64,000 nucleotides of DNA, from assembly GCF_037042905.1 (NCBI RefSeq), contig NC_087251.1:6510001-6574000 (forward strand). The letters run 5' to 3'. This DNA comes from Lytechinus pictus (lineage: Eukaryota). Made by a program: the position numbers and the translations under genes. This document shows positions 40,101 through 51,847 of this stretch, one piece after another; the stretch's first letter is position 1; each line of letters starts with the position of its first letter. The notes beneath the pieces are model-generated. The model did no database searches and was not told the origin of the DNA. It saw only the letters and a program-made list of their open reading frames with translations.

Positions 40101-43100
40101 ATCGTTGTCTAAATATGACAATTATGATATCTCTGTCAAAAGAATTCAAACATGACGTTTATTCAATTTCACATCACTGAGACAATTTGAGACAAGTCAG
40201 CATATTCTGATAAGACTTTTTTTTAAATTCAAGCCTGACAACTATTCATGATGTACTATTTTTAAACATATGGTGGTATTATTGAATCATGACTGTATAT
40301 TTGTGTAGTGTATCTGACACTCTAATTGCTTGATATTGTGTACAAACCTAAAATGAATTGCTGTTCCCAGGTAGCATCCCGTATAGCATCATATGCATGA
40401 TTGTAATGTAAATTTAAAAAAAAATATGGATAGTGTTACTATCTGACTGTAACAAACAATACTAACATAAATCAAGAAAAAAATCATACTCAAATCAATA
40501 TTGCAAATCTGAGATCTATTATAAATTTGAAGCTACCGTAAATGCAGGACAAGGTCTTTAGTCAAATAAATTAGACATGTATTAAAGAAGAGTAAAGAAA
40601 TTCCACGTACCTCGTAAAATTGTCAATCCAAATAGGTGAGCTTCCTTTATTGACAGCATAAAGCACACTTGGTCATACAAATCTTGCACTTTGGCCTTTC
40701 CCTGTAAAGAAAAAGAACATAAAGCCAACTCAATTGTCAATCTCAAGGGCTCAATGGATACAGTCATTTCAACGAACATGATAATTAACAAGTTTCATAA
40801 TACTATGAAAATCAACGGTTGTTGGTTTTTAGGGGTTGAAATTTGGAGTGGAAAATGGATAGATAGTAGCTTTTTGGCATTTGCCAATGCAAATAATCAT
40901 ATTTGAAAATAAGGACTGCTTGACACTTGTAATCATATATTTTATTTATTGCCCACACATGTGTAAAAATTAATGTACATATATATCATATCAAGAGTGC
41001 ATACCCTCAATATTATTGCTGTTTTTTTTTCTTCAAATTTAACGACTAAACAACCCCAAGACATTTAATTTCCTGCATGTGAATGGAAATGCAATAATAA
41101 ACTTGCCAATATCCTGCCTGGAAGCTGATCACAAAACACTATGAACATGTTTATGAAAATAAAGGTTTAGTGGAAGATTTTTTTTATATAAAGCCCTACG
41201 ATGTACATATATCTTTTTACAAGAGAGTTTTTGTCAGTGTCTGAAGTTTCCAGATTTTCAGCAAAATAAACATGTGATTTGAATAGCTTAAACACATTGG
41301 AGGCATAGGCCTAAACCTATTATACACTTTGGCCAAAGAGATCAGGGAATATACATTGCAGCCTCTATATGGTACATTTAGCATTAAAGACAGAACATGT
41401 CATCACACATTTCAAATCTACATAGGAATGCAAAAATGATGTAAATTTTTTTAAAAACTTTTATTTTAATTCCTACACATCCAAACACAATTCAACAAGT
41501 GACCAGATTACTGCATTTATGACATGTTGATACCTCAAGCCAGCCAATGAACTTGGTGTAGCCCACACTTTGTAATCCTCAACGATTCCAGGTGATTCCT
41601 GCTGTGATTGTAATGGCCGAAAATTGATCAGAATGTAGGTCTCCTCAGGAAAAAATTGAAGTACTTGTCACAGCAAAAAAATATACACTACACAGGACTC
41701 TAATGTCTATTTCCTCTTTCCAATCTAATTAGGATCGAGCTCCAGTTATTCTTTCACTATTTTTCATCTCTTGATATTTTGCCGTGAACTGCATTGATCT
41801 TTCCATTAGAAATAAACGATGGAATGCTGCCTAAATTGCCAATCTCGTTAAAAAGAATTGATATTCAAGATCTGAAAATCAATCGAACTTTTATGATAGG
41901 ACATGATTTCTCAGTGGAATAATTTTTCATGATAGTCTATTCTATTTGCCAGATTTTTTCTTACTTCTCAGAAGAAAAGAAAAGAAAAATTAAAGAAAAA
42001 ATATATTACATCATATGTAACATGGAATTGTGCTTTATGAATGCAAATATGCACTATTTTCCTTCAGCTAATCTCCTTTTATTCAATGTCCATGCTTTTC
42101 AGACTGTCCTACAGGTATATTTAGAATGCAGGAATGCTGGATTATAACTATAAATCCTTCCTAGGCATATTCTGAAAATCCCCCCTCACAATAAATAAAA
42201 GTCTCTTTTTTATTTGCAATGGGCGCTCTCTGGAATAACTAGTTAATCCGATGGCAGCGAACATTGCACAATCCATCAATAAAGCCATGGCATTTCAGCT
42301 TTTACTTTTCCCAAGAGGCAAGACGACCATAATTGTTTTATTAAGATGTTATGCCAAATACTACATCCACAAATTCACTGACCTAATTCCCTACTTTCTT
42401 CCCCGTGAATCTGGATTAGTCTTATGCTCTGATCTCAAGATTCAACTGTAGTTCACAACAATCAACTATGACAGAAAATTCCTATTTACCAATAACTTTG
42501 ACGGCCACGACCTTAAACCCTCCCAAAAGAAAGTAAATGTCTAAATCACAAAGTATCTTTGATAGGACTGTAAAAAAATATGAAAAGAACATAAATTGTT
42601 TCATAAATAAATAGGCCACTCACACGAAATCACACAAAATTACAACAAATATAATAGAGTAAGGAATAGGCCCCTTTCTTTCCATTCCCTGTGGGGGATA
42701 ACCTGGAATGTGAGGGAGAATCTTCCAATATTAGGGGGTCAAATATTTGCTCCTCATGCCAGAAATCTAGATGGATTTATGATGGGGTCAACCAATTTTG
42801 ATACCTTGGTGAAAAAAAATGTACATAAGTAGGCCTACATGCAGAGAGAAAGCAAATAGTTACTCCTCTTTGGAGAAAGTAGAGTAGACATACCTTGAAG
42901 GGAATCTATGGTAAAAGGAAAGTGAAAATACATATCAAGAAAAATAATATGTAATTTGGTATGAAGCTTCACGTGTAGGCCTATGTATAGTTTATACCCT
43001 ACATGAAGGTTTCTTTTGCAGTTCATTCAGTAGCTTCATGACACAGCATAATGATTACATGAACCATGCATGGCTTAAAGTTATATCAATCACAAGCTGT

Positions 43101-45481
43101 ATGCGATTTAAAGGGATACTCTGGGCTGAAGATATTTATATCAAAACAAATAGAGAAAAATTCACAGAGCAAAATGCTGAAAATTTCATAGAAAAACCTA
43201 ATTTCATATAATAAAATACAGAAGAACAAGTGGGGATATCATATGACATCATCAGTTTGCTCATTGAATATTCATGAAGACATGCATAGAACTGTTTCAC
43301 CAGAATAATGCAAATCTTTAAAATTCAATAACTTTGTTATTTGTTATCCGATTTTGATCAAATTTTCAGTATTTTGCTCTGTGAATTTTACTCTAATAAT
43401 TGAGATATGAATATCTTCAGCCTGGAGTATCCCTTTAACTATAAACATTATAATTTCATACAGGAAATAAATCTCACAAGGTGTTTTCAATATGGCCTGA
43501 ATCACCTGATGACCTGATCACAAAAAAAAATGGTCATCTACTGATCAGAAAATGAGAAAATACTGAGCATTTAGCAGCTTGATAAAAAGCAAAGTAGGTG
43601 TATAAGTTTGCAACATGATAACATCTGCAAAAGAAACTTTACGCCTACTTTTCAAATTGGCATAACTGTCACATGAATTTCTCTCAGGTCGATGGGATTT
43701 GTACAGTGTGAGATTTCGGGCAAGACAAATGTGCATCATTTGTACAGGCATGCAAGAGTCATGTGGATAACCATGCTATCTTGTTCAGGTGTGTGAGAGT
43801 TACATATTTGTAGGCCTACATGTATGTTCCAATATTTGTACAGATCTTAATTTTCATTTTTCAGGGCAATGGTCACCTTTCTAGAGGACACATCTCATTA
43901 TATTATGAATCAAAATGTAAAATTTGAAAAAGGACAGGACCTAGAAAAAACATATCAATTGCCAATGATTGAGGTCAATCAATAGGGCATCCGAGGGCAT
44001 GATCTGCAGAAAGTAAGCCCTGTTCATATTCTCTTGTGTCAGCTCCTGGGCCAGAGATGCTCAGAGACTCTGTAGACATTTCTATTATGGTGCGATCAGG
44101 AACTATTTTAAGAATTGAATAATTGAGATGTGTATTCGATATCTCATATCATACAAATGAAATAGTGAGCAACCATCACAAATTTTTTTTGTTGGGTAGA
44201 CTTGACCTACATGTACAAGGAGCTTCTTGACAAGCTGCAGATCTGCAATTCAAGGGTATCCTACTATCCTTTATGGCCTAAATGAATAAATCAGCTACAT
44301 CAACCTCATGAAAATTATACTACAAAAATAAGTGCGAACTGGGCTGCATGAGATGGCATTCTTGGATCCCTTTGCCTTGTATGATGGATACCTTAACAGA
44401 TTTAACACCATCTGCTCTTCATTTATTTCTTTTGATCTGTGGTCATTCTCGCTTGACCTTGCTGCATACCAAAAAACAGTAACATGCGTGTTTGAACTTT
44501 TTTGACAGTGTAGGAAATATGATTGATAGACAGAATTCTCTTGGCATACTTTTGCTGATTTCATGCAGCAGGCCTACACAATTACTTCCAAGCTTTCTAT
44601 TAAAGACATGAAGGAATTTTTTAACTACAATGTAGGCCTCAATGTTAGGGTGGTTTTTGAAAAAGCAGAATGTTTGTGAGATTACAGATCAAAGGACATA
44701 ATTTCAGTTTTTATTTTATGATGTTACTTGCCAGGTGCTCCCCAATGTGTATCATAAATTCTACAAATTTTCATTTTTACAATAGAAATAATATTATTTT
44801 CACGGAAGTATGAAAGGCCTATATGTAGGCCTACAGGACATACCTATTTGGCAGAGTAGCTTACAAAAACTAAGAGTTCTAAGTCTCTCAAAACTCTAAT
44901 GTCTGTAATGAATTGCTATGTTTGAACTCTCATTTATCTGCTTTTGTTTCAGGGCCCTCGGAACAATTTTTACAAGGGGTGCTGAAAAAAAGGGTTTCTC
45001 TAAAAAATGAGGTCATTTTGGTGCCCAAAATAATTTTACAAGAAAAAAAAGGGTTCCACTACAAAATGGTTATTTTGGTCCCAAGCTTCCCAGGGTCACG
45101 TTTCATTTAAACCAACCTAACTTATGACACAAAAAGAAAAATACCAGACTATTATAGTATTAATATTGCATTTCTTTTTTTCTCTTCGATGGAAACTCAC
45201 CAGGACGCAAAAAATATTATGTTTCACCCTGATCTCTGGGAGAATTAAATACAATTTGGTTTTAACATGGGAAAGGTTTTTAGAACTACTAGATGCAGGA
45301 TACAGAAATTCTGACAGAGATCACTAAAGGCACCCACCTCCACATTGAGTTGTAATTCTCCATCCCAGAGCTTGACACAAACACACTTCTGGGTACTAGC
45401 AGCATGGTGAAGTCCTCTGATGCTTCCTATAGCAGCCACTCCAGATGCCATGCCCCCAGAGCCCCCTCCCCAGATGGGCAT
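15481..45481 (-). CDS. FRMD6: FERM domain-containing protein, FRMD6/Willin/Expanded-like (Hippo pathway); 14 coding exons, 746 aa
   Basis: Hand-spliced exons, all GT-AG and phase-consistent: 45481-45338, 40701-40611, 39949-39867, 28335-28256, 26092-25906, 25394-25239, 20410-20345, 19772-19704, 19324-19248, 18911-18814, 18037-17834, 17320-17192, 16722-16559, 16173-15481 (2241 nt including stop). The translation has FERM motifs (EAHLFGL, KYAPKGWK, LKVQLYVE, RYHYYLQLK, LASYALQADMG, YFPEWVI, HFYRL, WLGVCTKGI, YPWVDI, KKFEL) and the FRMD6/Ex-type EKKRYRESYIS and TSGIVSD. There is an in-frame stop 15 codons upstream of ATG 45481. Confidence 0.9.
16559..16722 (-). CDS. FRMD6: FRMD6-like exon (DGVSKRHS...EWASDDE)
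   Basis: gcag acceptor, GAG|GTAATG donor; phase 1 to 0. Confidence 0.78.
17192..17320 (-). CDS. FRMD6: FRMD6-like exon (DDDMSSPYKIIEIP...MLLYS)
   Basis: ttttag acceptor, G|GTGAGT donor; phase 1 to 1. Confidence 0.8.
17834..18037 (-). CDS. FRMD6: FRMD6-like exon (EKKRYRESYIS...RMSVISNVSSVATSGIVSD...)
   Basis: cacag acceptor; donor AAG|GTTTGA (weaker, but read-through reaches a stop within 7 codons); phase 1 to 1. Confidence 0.85.
18108..18223. mobile_element. Short MITE relic; a related inverted copy lies at about 14433-14563
   Basis: CAGGG...CCCTG ends; shared TTTTCAAAGTGGGG, ATCACA and AATTTTTACG segments. Confidence 0.5.
18814..18911 (-). CDS. FRMD6: FRMD6-like exon (KSKHLLRLCKLTHSFQMQ...RESAS), end of FERM
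   Basis: catag acceptor, CAG|GTAAGT donor; phase 2 to 1. Confidence 0.9.
19248..19324 (-). CDS. FRMD6: FRMD6-like exon (KKKFELLVEGVSDGRKITYYTCTEA)
   Basis: cacag acceptor, GTAAGT donor; phase 0 to 2. Confidence 0.9.
19704..19772 (-). CDS. FRMD6: FRMD6-like exon (DSTDGKYLLCEYPWVDIKRLIFQ)
   Basis: tttag acceptor, CAG|GTAAAT donor. Confidence 0.9.
20345..20410 (-). CDS. FRMD6: FRMD6-like exon, FERM F3 (TKTEQTPSIWLGVCTKGIHLYE)
   Basis: Polypyrimidine tract + cag acceptor, GAG|GTATTG donor. Confidence 0.9.
20786..20907 (+). mobile_element. SINE/L2-type 3' end fragment
   Basis: Ends GCACTATATAAAAGTGGATTATTATTATT, the same tail type as the insert at 3179. Confidence 0.5.
25239..25394 (-). CDS. 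FRMD6: FRMD6-like exon (VIKRRGENYI...HFYRLKK)
   Basis: tttcag acceptor, AAG|GTAAGT donor; ORF 25119-25415. Confidence 0.92.
25906..26092 (-). CDS. FRMD6: FRMD6-like exon, FERM F2 (DDVTRYHYYLQLK...YFPEW)
   Basis: catag acceptor, TGG|GTGAGA donor; ORF 25840-26085. Confidence 0.92.
26416..27257. mobile_element. Non-autonomous P-element-like transposon
   Basis: TIR CATGGACCTATTACGAATGGACATT (25 bp perfect, 31 bp with one mismatch); 7-bp TSD ACATAAC (26409-26415, 27258-27264); CANRG termini. Confidence 0.8.
28256..28335 (-). CDS. FRMD6: FRMD6-like exon (GRDKAGKPLLSFYLKVQLYVEHVSLL)
   Basis: attcag acceptor, GTAAGT donor; phase 0 to 2. Confidence 0.9.
28977..29178. mobile_element. Palindromic MITE with 61-bp arms (1 mismatch) and an internal ~45-bp tandem duplication
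   Basis: TAATCGCTAGAGGGTATTC...GAATACCCTCTAGCGATTA. Confidence 0.8.
29721..30311. mobile_element. TTAA-targeting Kolobok-like MITE, family A copy 1
   Basis: TTAA|AGGGATGGT...ACCATCCCT|TTAA; long imperfect inverted arms. Confidence 0.8.
30731..32387. mobile_element. Long-TIR palindromic element with 9-bp TSD (Academ- or Mutator-like), split by a nested insertion
   Basis: 40-bp TIR TAGCCTATAATCTAGGCGGAGGCTGCAGTTATTGTCTTTG (1 mismatch); TSD ATACATGTA at 30722-30730 and 32388-32396. Confidence 0.8.
30781..32223. mobile_element. Kolobok-like non-autonomous element nested in the palindromic element
   Basis: 15-bp perfect TIR AGTTGAATTAAGAAG; TTAA on both sides; internal inverted GAGTGTGACGTCACCGGGGGG at about 30968 and 32015. 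Confidence 0.82.
33567..34030. mobile_element. Harbinger-like MITE, family B copy 1
   Basis: TIR GAGGCYGTTCTCAYTAC; AAACTAGTTT repeats; inverted sister copy at 35194-35640. Confidence 0.75.
34061..34457. mobile_element. Harbinger-like MITE, family C, truncated copy
   Basis: Near-identical to 35720-36168; retains the right TIR TCTGAAACCACC. Confidence 0.75.
34721..35114. mobile_element. Kolobok-like TTAA MITE
   Basis: TTAA|AGATAAATTCCAGT...ACTGGCATTTCTCT|TTAA. Confidence 0.72.
35194..35640. mobile_element. Harbinger-like MITE, family B copy 2 (inverted relative to copy 1)
   Basis: TIR GACACCATTCTCA; flanks CAA/TAA. Confidence 0.75.
35686..36168. mobile_element. Harbinger-like MITE, family C, full copy
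   Basis: TIR GGTGGTTTCARACCGCCTCGA; flanks ATA/TAA. Confidence 0.78.
36375..36895. mobile_element. PIF/Harbinger-like MITE with AATCATGATT repeats
   Basis: TTA|GGCTGCGTTTATCCG...CGGATAAACGCACCC|TTA. Confidence 0.82.
39867..39949 (-). CDS. FRMD6: FRMD6-like exon (ENGEYEFLDLKTKISKYAPKGWKSDSND)
   Basis: tttcacag acceptor, GTAAGT donor; phase 1 to 0; not in the ORF track. Confidence 0.9.
40611..40701 (-). CDS. FRMD6: FRMD6-like exon (GKAKVQDLYDQVCFMLSIKEAHLFGLTILR), FERM F1
   Basis: tttacag acceptor, G|GTACGT donor; phase 0 to 1. Confidence 0.9.
43112..43434. mobile_element. Kolobok-like MITE, family A copy 2 (internally deleted)
   Basis: TTAA|AGGGATACTC...GAGTATCCCT|TTAA; similar to 29721-30311. 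Confidence 0.8.
45338..45481 (-). CDS. FRMD6: FRMD6-like coding exon 1 (MPIWGG...LQLNVE); with its 5'UTR part the exon starts at 45718
   Basis: Acceptor ttttattttag before 45718; donor GAG|GTGGGT; phase 0. Confidence 0.8.
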
Positions 45482-48400
45482 GACTAGGCATAGGAGACCC
45501 CCAGCCTCCCAGCCCTCAACCCTTCAAAGGAGAATCAGTGTTCTTGTCTGGTCCTGCACTATGGGGAAAGTAAGCGTGGCCCTTGATCCCCTCAGATCCT
45601 ATCCTGACAGGTTGGTGCAAGATGGCAAACACTCTTTCAGTTATGATCAGATTTAGGAAAGTGAAAGAATCGTGGTGCATTCAAGGATCTGGTGGTTACT
45701 GGTTCATCTCAGCTCAATCTAAAATAAAATATTAGAAAAAAAAAAGAATTTATATAATTAAAGCAAGTCCTATGGCTATGCCTTGCATTTCAATAAATTT
45801 CAACCACTGATATTGTAGAAATGATCTGATACATGTAGGTAGACTTACAATAGAAATCCTGGGCATACATGCATATCACAATTTCTTTTTAAAATAAAAT
45901 GGAATATCATCAAGACACCATATAAAGTGATGCCTAAGGAAAGAAATAATTTATGGGCACTGTCATCAGTACCAAACATTGCCTCAGAGTTTTGTTATGA
46001 ATAGATGAGCAATCAGAATTAAAAATAGCAAAAACCTGACCACACATACACATTGTTTTTTCTTTATATCAAAATTCTTCTTTAGAGATACCGCACTAAC
46101 TCTAGGGGTTTAAAAATAGTATTCTTTCATCTTAAAAATAGCCTGAATGGCAAAATTCAAGAACAAATTTAGGCACCACCCAGTCTGCGGAAACCACAAT
46201 CAATAGGAACTCCTTTGTTCATGCTCTATTCAAGCAACTGACTTTTGCATTGTCTAGGCATGGTCTAGGGGAGGGGGCAATTCTAAGCGCTGACCTCTAT
46301 GAACTGATATAAATTTTAATCTCTTCCTCATTTCATGTTTGATTTTTAAGGTACGTGTACATTCCATGTAATTGTAGGTCAATCAAGGGCAAGTGAGTCA
46401 TTACCAAGTGAATTATGTCTCTTGATCATCTTCATACATTTGAGCATGAAGCCTATGACCAGGTTATAGACCTGCTAGACAAGCTTGTTCATCAATAATT
46501 TGGCTGAAAATGGTTCTCAAGCACATCAAATTTGTGTTTAAAAAAAAAACAGTAGGCCTACATGTACATCAATGAATGTATTGAGGATATTATGATAACA
46601 TGTATGTGATACGTTTTTTTCAAGAAAACCTGTTGACACAGAAACATAACTGCCATAGGGTGAATTTCTCTGGAGTTCTTCTTATATTTACCAATGACTT
46701 GAAAGATAAATAGAATTGAGTGATATGATCTACACTGAAGAGAATAGATGTCCTAAATCAATGTCGTCCACCTGGAAAACTTTGCACATCTATAAAGAAT
46801 TATAATATAGAAATTTCACTGTCACTTGATGAACACTACAAACCTGAACATATTTCATCTACATATTTTAATTTTAAATTTCTAATTGTGAAATGATTAT
46901 CCTATTCACCCTGAAGTGCACAATTATTATGATCCCTGGTTTATGGAAGCAAAAATTGAACAGATTTCCATTAAATGATGGTCATAATGATTACAAATGT
47001 ATCTATATAGGAATACTGTTCTGGATATGGAATAATTTGAGGAATGAATCTTAAATCTTCAGGGAATTCTGGTGCATACGTGTATTACAGCCAACTTTAA
47101 AACTTAACTGAAAATATTCATGTAACAAATGATTACCATTGATTCCTGGGGATTTCTATCCATTTTATAAATATCTTTCTCCTTCTTAGTATTAGGCCCC
47201 TACATATGTTATGAAAATTGCAGGGACACCTTGAAGTTTAGAGTCAACAGAACATAAGGTTATCTGATTTTCATTAATATTTTCCATCCATACATTAATT
47301 TTGACAAATTTTCCAGAATACATTGGACCTGATCAAAATAATTTGCAAAACCTTGCAATTTTTTTTATATTTCATGCTTTTGCTTTTTGATTATTTTGTA
47401 ACATGAAATAGTGAAATGCAATGTATTGCCCTACTGTTCAAAATTTCCTATCCCCTTTACAGTGAAGAAAAATAAACGGCAAATAAATAACTCCATACCC
47501 CAGTCACGACATGTGCATTTGATGAAGATTTTCTTTTAAATCTAGGTAGAGATACTGTTTTGGATGAGTGGGGATCCTTATAGAGATTACAAAGAATTTG
47601 TGAGTTTGGCGGGAATAAGAATTGTAGAACGACACATAGAAGACTAAAAAAGGAATGAAAGCCGTTTGCCCAGGACAGTACAGTACTTCCAATTCAAATG
47701 CATCCAAGCTTAAAAGATTCCTTTTTGTCAAGTATGGTTCGGTTTGTTGCATTTTAATACTGTACAAATTGTTGGCTGTCAGGAGGCAATGTGTTTATGA
47801 GCCATGAATTGGTTAAAAACTGACTCCAATCTTATTTTACTGTGCCTTTATGTGTCATTAATTCTTTCTCTATTGCTTCAGGCTAACCATTGACAAAAGA
47901 CAACCTCTGAGCTAACAACAATATCGAATGTAAAACTATGGTTGAATTTATCGAGCTAATTTAATCAGTATATTACGCAGAAATCAAACAATTTCACATG
48001 GAATCTTATTATGTTACTGCATGCAAGCTGAATTGTCAAAAAGAAAATTATGCAACCTAAATCCTATAATTTATCAGATCATGTAAATCCATACCAGATT
48101 ACGTAGATTAGTGCCTATAAAATGGGGTTTACATACATACACACAGGTCAAAGTTTATTTTATAAATGCAAACTACAGTACTACCACGCATCTCTGAGCC
48201 TTTCGCTTCTTCAGAATGTCCATTCCACTCAAATTCTTGTCTCGTTCATCTTCAGAGAAAGCTCCAATCTGGTTGTGGAAGCCACCTGCCATCCATTCAT
48301 TCCTTCTCCATCTCTCTTTCGGCTCTCTCTCCATCTCTGACCCTCCAATCTAACTGGGCCAATCAACAAAGGAATGTCAAATTGCCATAGTAACCGCACA

Positions 48401-48731
48401 GGGATCATCTTGACAAAGCGAAATCTTACACTCCCACCAGAATAAGAAGTCAAGAAGCCACGCAGGCCTACATGTATTTGTTTGTGGTAATCTTGCGAAC
48501 AAGATGCCAAAATCTGTATGATCATTGGATCACTAGCAAAGAATGTAGCAATGATTCAAGCAAGGAGATATCTGTGTTGATATATCCTTGATTTAATTGG
48601 CATAAGTAAGCCTACATGGGAGAATTTAAAAATCTATCTATCTATGTTATGTAAAGCCAACATATACATTGCAGGTTGTAGATGTTCAAGAACTTTCTTG
48701 AGAGGATTATGATGTGACAAATAATCATTTT

Positions 48732-48770
48732 GCCTCCGATGAAGATTCTGCTAGGATCGAAAGCTTAGGC
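48732..48770 (+). ncRNA. Minimal type I hammerhead-ribozyme-like motif (Penelope-like element relic)
   Basis: GCCT-CCGATGA-A-GATTCT gct AGGATC-GAAA-GC-TT-AGGC; the core has U4C. Confidence 0.55.
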
Positions 48771-50593
48771 CCCTTTTTGACTTTCTAAATAATTTAGAAA
48801 ATAGCATAATATGAACTTGATTGTACATGTAACATCTACAGATTCCATTCTAACTCAAAGAAATCTATTATTTCAATCAGGATTTTATCTATTTTTTAAT
48901 GTACAAAATATACAATTTTTCTGGAATTTTCATATTGCATACTATTTTGAAATCATTTTACTCCCAAGAAGAAATTAAAACAGAGTTTCAAGGATCACAC
49001 TTAGGCCTACATGTACATTGAGAATATTGAATGATAGGCATAATTAATGAGGCAATTACATCATTAGACTAGGCAAGTGTATTTTCAAGCTACAATCGAT
49101 GTGCCAATTGTACAGTGTACCTGTGTTAGCAATTTTCAGCACACTCAATTGTTTCACAATGTTTTATAGCTCTGTGAAGATATGGGAATAGACCTCAATT
49201 GCTTCATGTGACAACTTTTGGCTTGAAGTTACTTCAACCATGGACCCTATTTAGTAGGGTCCATGGTTGAACCTTTAATTTAGATACTGATGAACCATCA
49301 ACTCATTATCCAATATTTTATAGACTTTTTACATCCAAAAACTTCCCTTTCAACTTGTACAAATACATTGAATTATCTTGGCTTGGATGGCAATGAGCCA
49401 AGACCTACTAGAATTTTGTTGAAACCAAAAACCACTGCTGGTACAAAATCCAATTCCAAATCCCAAACAGAAAGAAGAATGTGAAGTATTTTGGGGCTCA
49501 ATATAAAAATTTTACAAGGGACTTAATAATCCCACATTAAGAAAAAAAAAATGGATTTTGTAATCAGGTCTGAAAGCCTGGATCATCTGGTTCATAAGTA
49601 CCTACACTTTAGAGTTCACTAACAACCATAGTATGTACATGTATGTATGTTATGTAGACACAAAATAATGGTGTATATTCAAAGTAAACATCTTGAAATG
49701 AATATATTCAGTAAATTTTAAATGTACACAAATACCCAAATACATGTACAGTCTGTACCTGTAAAGTACTATCAGGGAAGTGTGACCTACATGTATTTCT
49801 GAAGAGCATTGATAGGAATGCTTAACATTCTGCTTAGGTTGCATGCAACAAGCCATACTACAACAGTGGAAAGTTTCTGAAGCCTTAAAGTTTAAACAAA
49901 ACAAAAAATTAACAATATATAACTGTGTGAATTGTATTTTTAAAACATGACAGGCCCTACATGTACATGTATCTTAAAGCCTAATTATAGCCTGAAATGG
50001 GACAAAATATTGTATACATGTAACAGTTTAAAATGTAAAGAACCCTCAAAGACATTTTTCATATAAAATTTTGTACAAATTTCCATCACTTCCACATTAC
50101 AAAACAAAAAGATTTAGTTGAAGGAATTTATCTATTTGTGATGTTATGTGTCACAATTGCAGCCACATGCAGCTAGTCAAGTAATTTCAAATCTAATTTC
50201 AATAAATATTGCAACATTTATTTTTGCTTTCCCCCTTAAAAGTTAGCAATGTGTCTGATCATAATATCGGACCACAGGCACCAAAAAGTAATCAGACAAA
50301 AACACATTTTCTATTTTATCTTACCAACTATATACATGTAGTCTGTAGTTAGGTAGGAAACTTTTGTCTACAATCTGAAACATATACATGCCTGACATAT
50401 TTCATCCCTGCGGCAACAAAAATGGATTTAAAGGAAATGAGTGAGATGGTACTCCATCATTTTTAACCTACATGATGAGTAAAGTTAAATAGGCCAAGCA
50501 GCTAAACGTAACTTATTGGTGGCTTGGGTCATACCCCATCAGCAGAGTCAAAGAAAAGCAGCTAGCCTACATGTAAGATTCATCTCCTTTTAA

Positions 50594-51187
50594 AGGGGTA
50601 CTCCAGGATGAAATTACATGTATTCATATCTATAAATAGAGTAAAATTCACAGAGCAAAACGCTGAAAATTTCATCAAAATCTTATATAAACAATGAGCA
50701 AAGTTATTAAATTTTAAAGTTTAGCAATATATTATGACACCAGTTATATGCACGTCATAAATATCCATTAGGTGGGCTGATTATGTCACATCCCCACTTT
50801 CCTTTTTCTAATGTTATTACATGAAATCATAATTGCTTCATTTTGTTCATACATGTACATGTGTGAATGATAATATGAAGTATAAAAATGCAGCAATGAA
50901 TAGCCTATCTAATGCACTATAAGTTGTCAATCCAATTTTTAGCTCTTGGAAGAAAAAATTGAATAAACTGAATATCATATAATAAAATACAAAAGAACAA
51001 GTGGAGATATGAAATCATCAGTTTGCTCATTGAATATTCCTGAAGTCATGTATAGAACTGTTTCACCGGAATAATGCAAATCTTTGAAATGCCATAACTT
51101 TGTTATTCCTTGTAATTTTGATCAAATACTTCAGAGTTTTGTTTGTCTGATTTCAAATCATATTATTTTCAGCCTGGAGAGTACCCT
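50594..51187. mobile_element. Kolobok-like MITE, family A copy 3
   Basis: TTAA|AGGGGTACTCCAGG start; body similar to 29721-30311. Confidence 0.75.
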
Positions 51188-51374
51188 TTGAAATAATTCT
51201 ATTACACTTCCATAGTTCCCTGGTTTCACTTTTTCAAAAAATCATAATGAACTCCTTTAGTCATTTCGATATCAACTTATACATGTACTTTATTACCACT
51301 CAACAAGACCTGTTCCTGTACATGTATATGCTGGTCTAAGGAACTGTAACTTATTAAATTTTCATAGAATATTC

Positions 51375-51847
51375 CAGGGCTCCACACTAACCCTTTTTTC
51401 TACTGGTCCAACCTGTTCATGTCTGACCAGTAGATACCCCGTTTACCTATTTTTTACTGGTCCTAACATAAAATTTACTGGTCCAAAAAATAAATAAAAA
51501 AATGAGGAAAAACTGAGTTTATTTTGCTGTCTGTGATTGCTTTTATTGCCCCAAAAGAAAAAGCCCATTCAACAATTACAATCTAACAGTACACTGTACA
51601 CACACACAAACACAACACACATGTATGTAATTCATGAAAGCCATAATTTCTCAATAATGGAGAGCCATTTATCTTATTTACAAAAGAGGAGAAAATGTCA
51701 GTTGCATCAGTTTGATATATTTTTAATTTGTCATGTCGGACGAGCAAATCGGGCTATTTCTGAAAAGTTAGTGGCCCTACAGCAATTTTTATTGGTCTGC
51801 GACCGTCAGACCAGTGCCAGTATTCTATTGGTGGGTGTTGAACACTA
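51375..51847. mobile_element. Degraded hAT-like MITE with ACTGGTCC subterminal repeats
   Basis: CAGGGCTCCACAC ... GTGTTGAACACTA imperfect TIR. Confidence 0.45.

Noticed and set aside
45420-45656. Plus-strand Pro-rich 78-aa ORF
   Set aside because: Antisense shadow of the GC-rich first coding exon.
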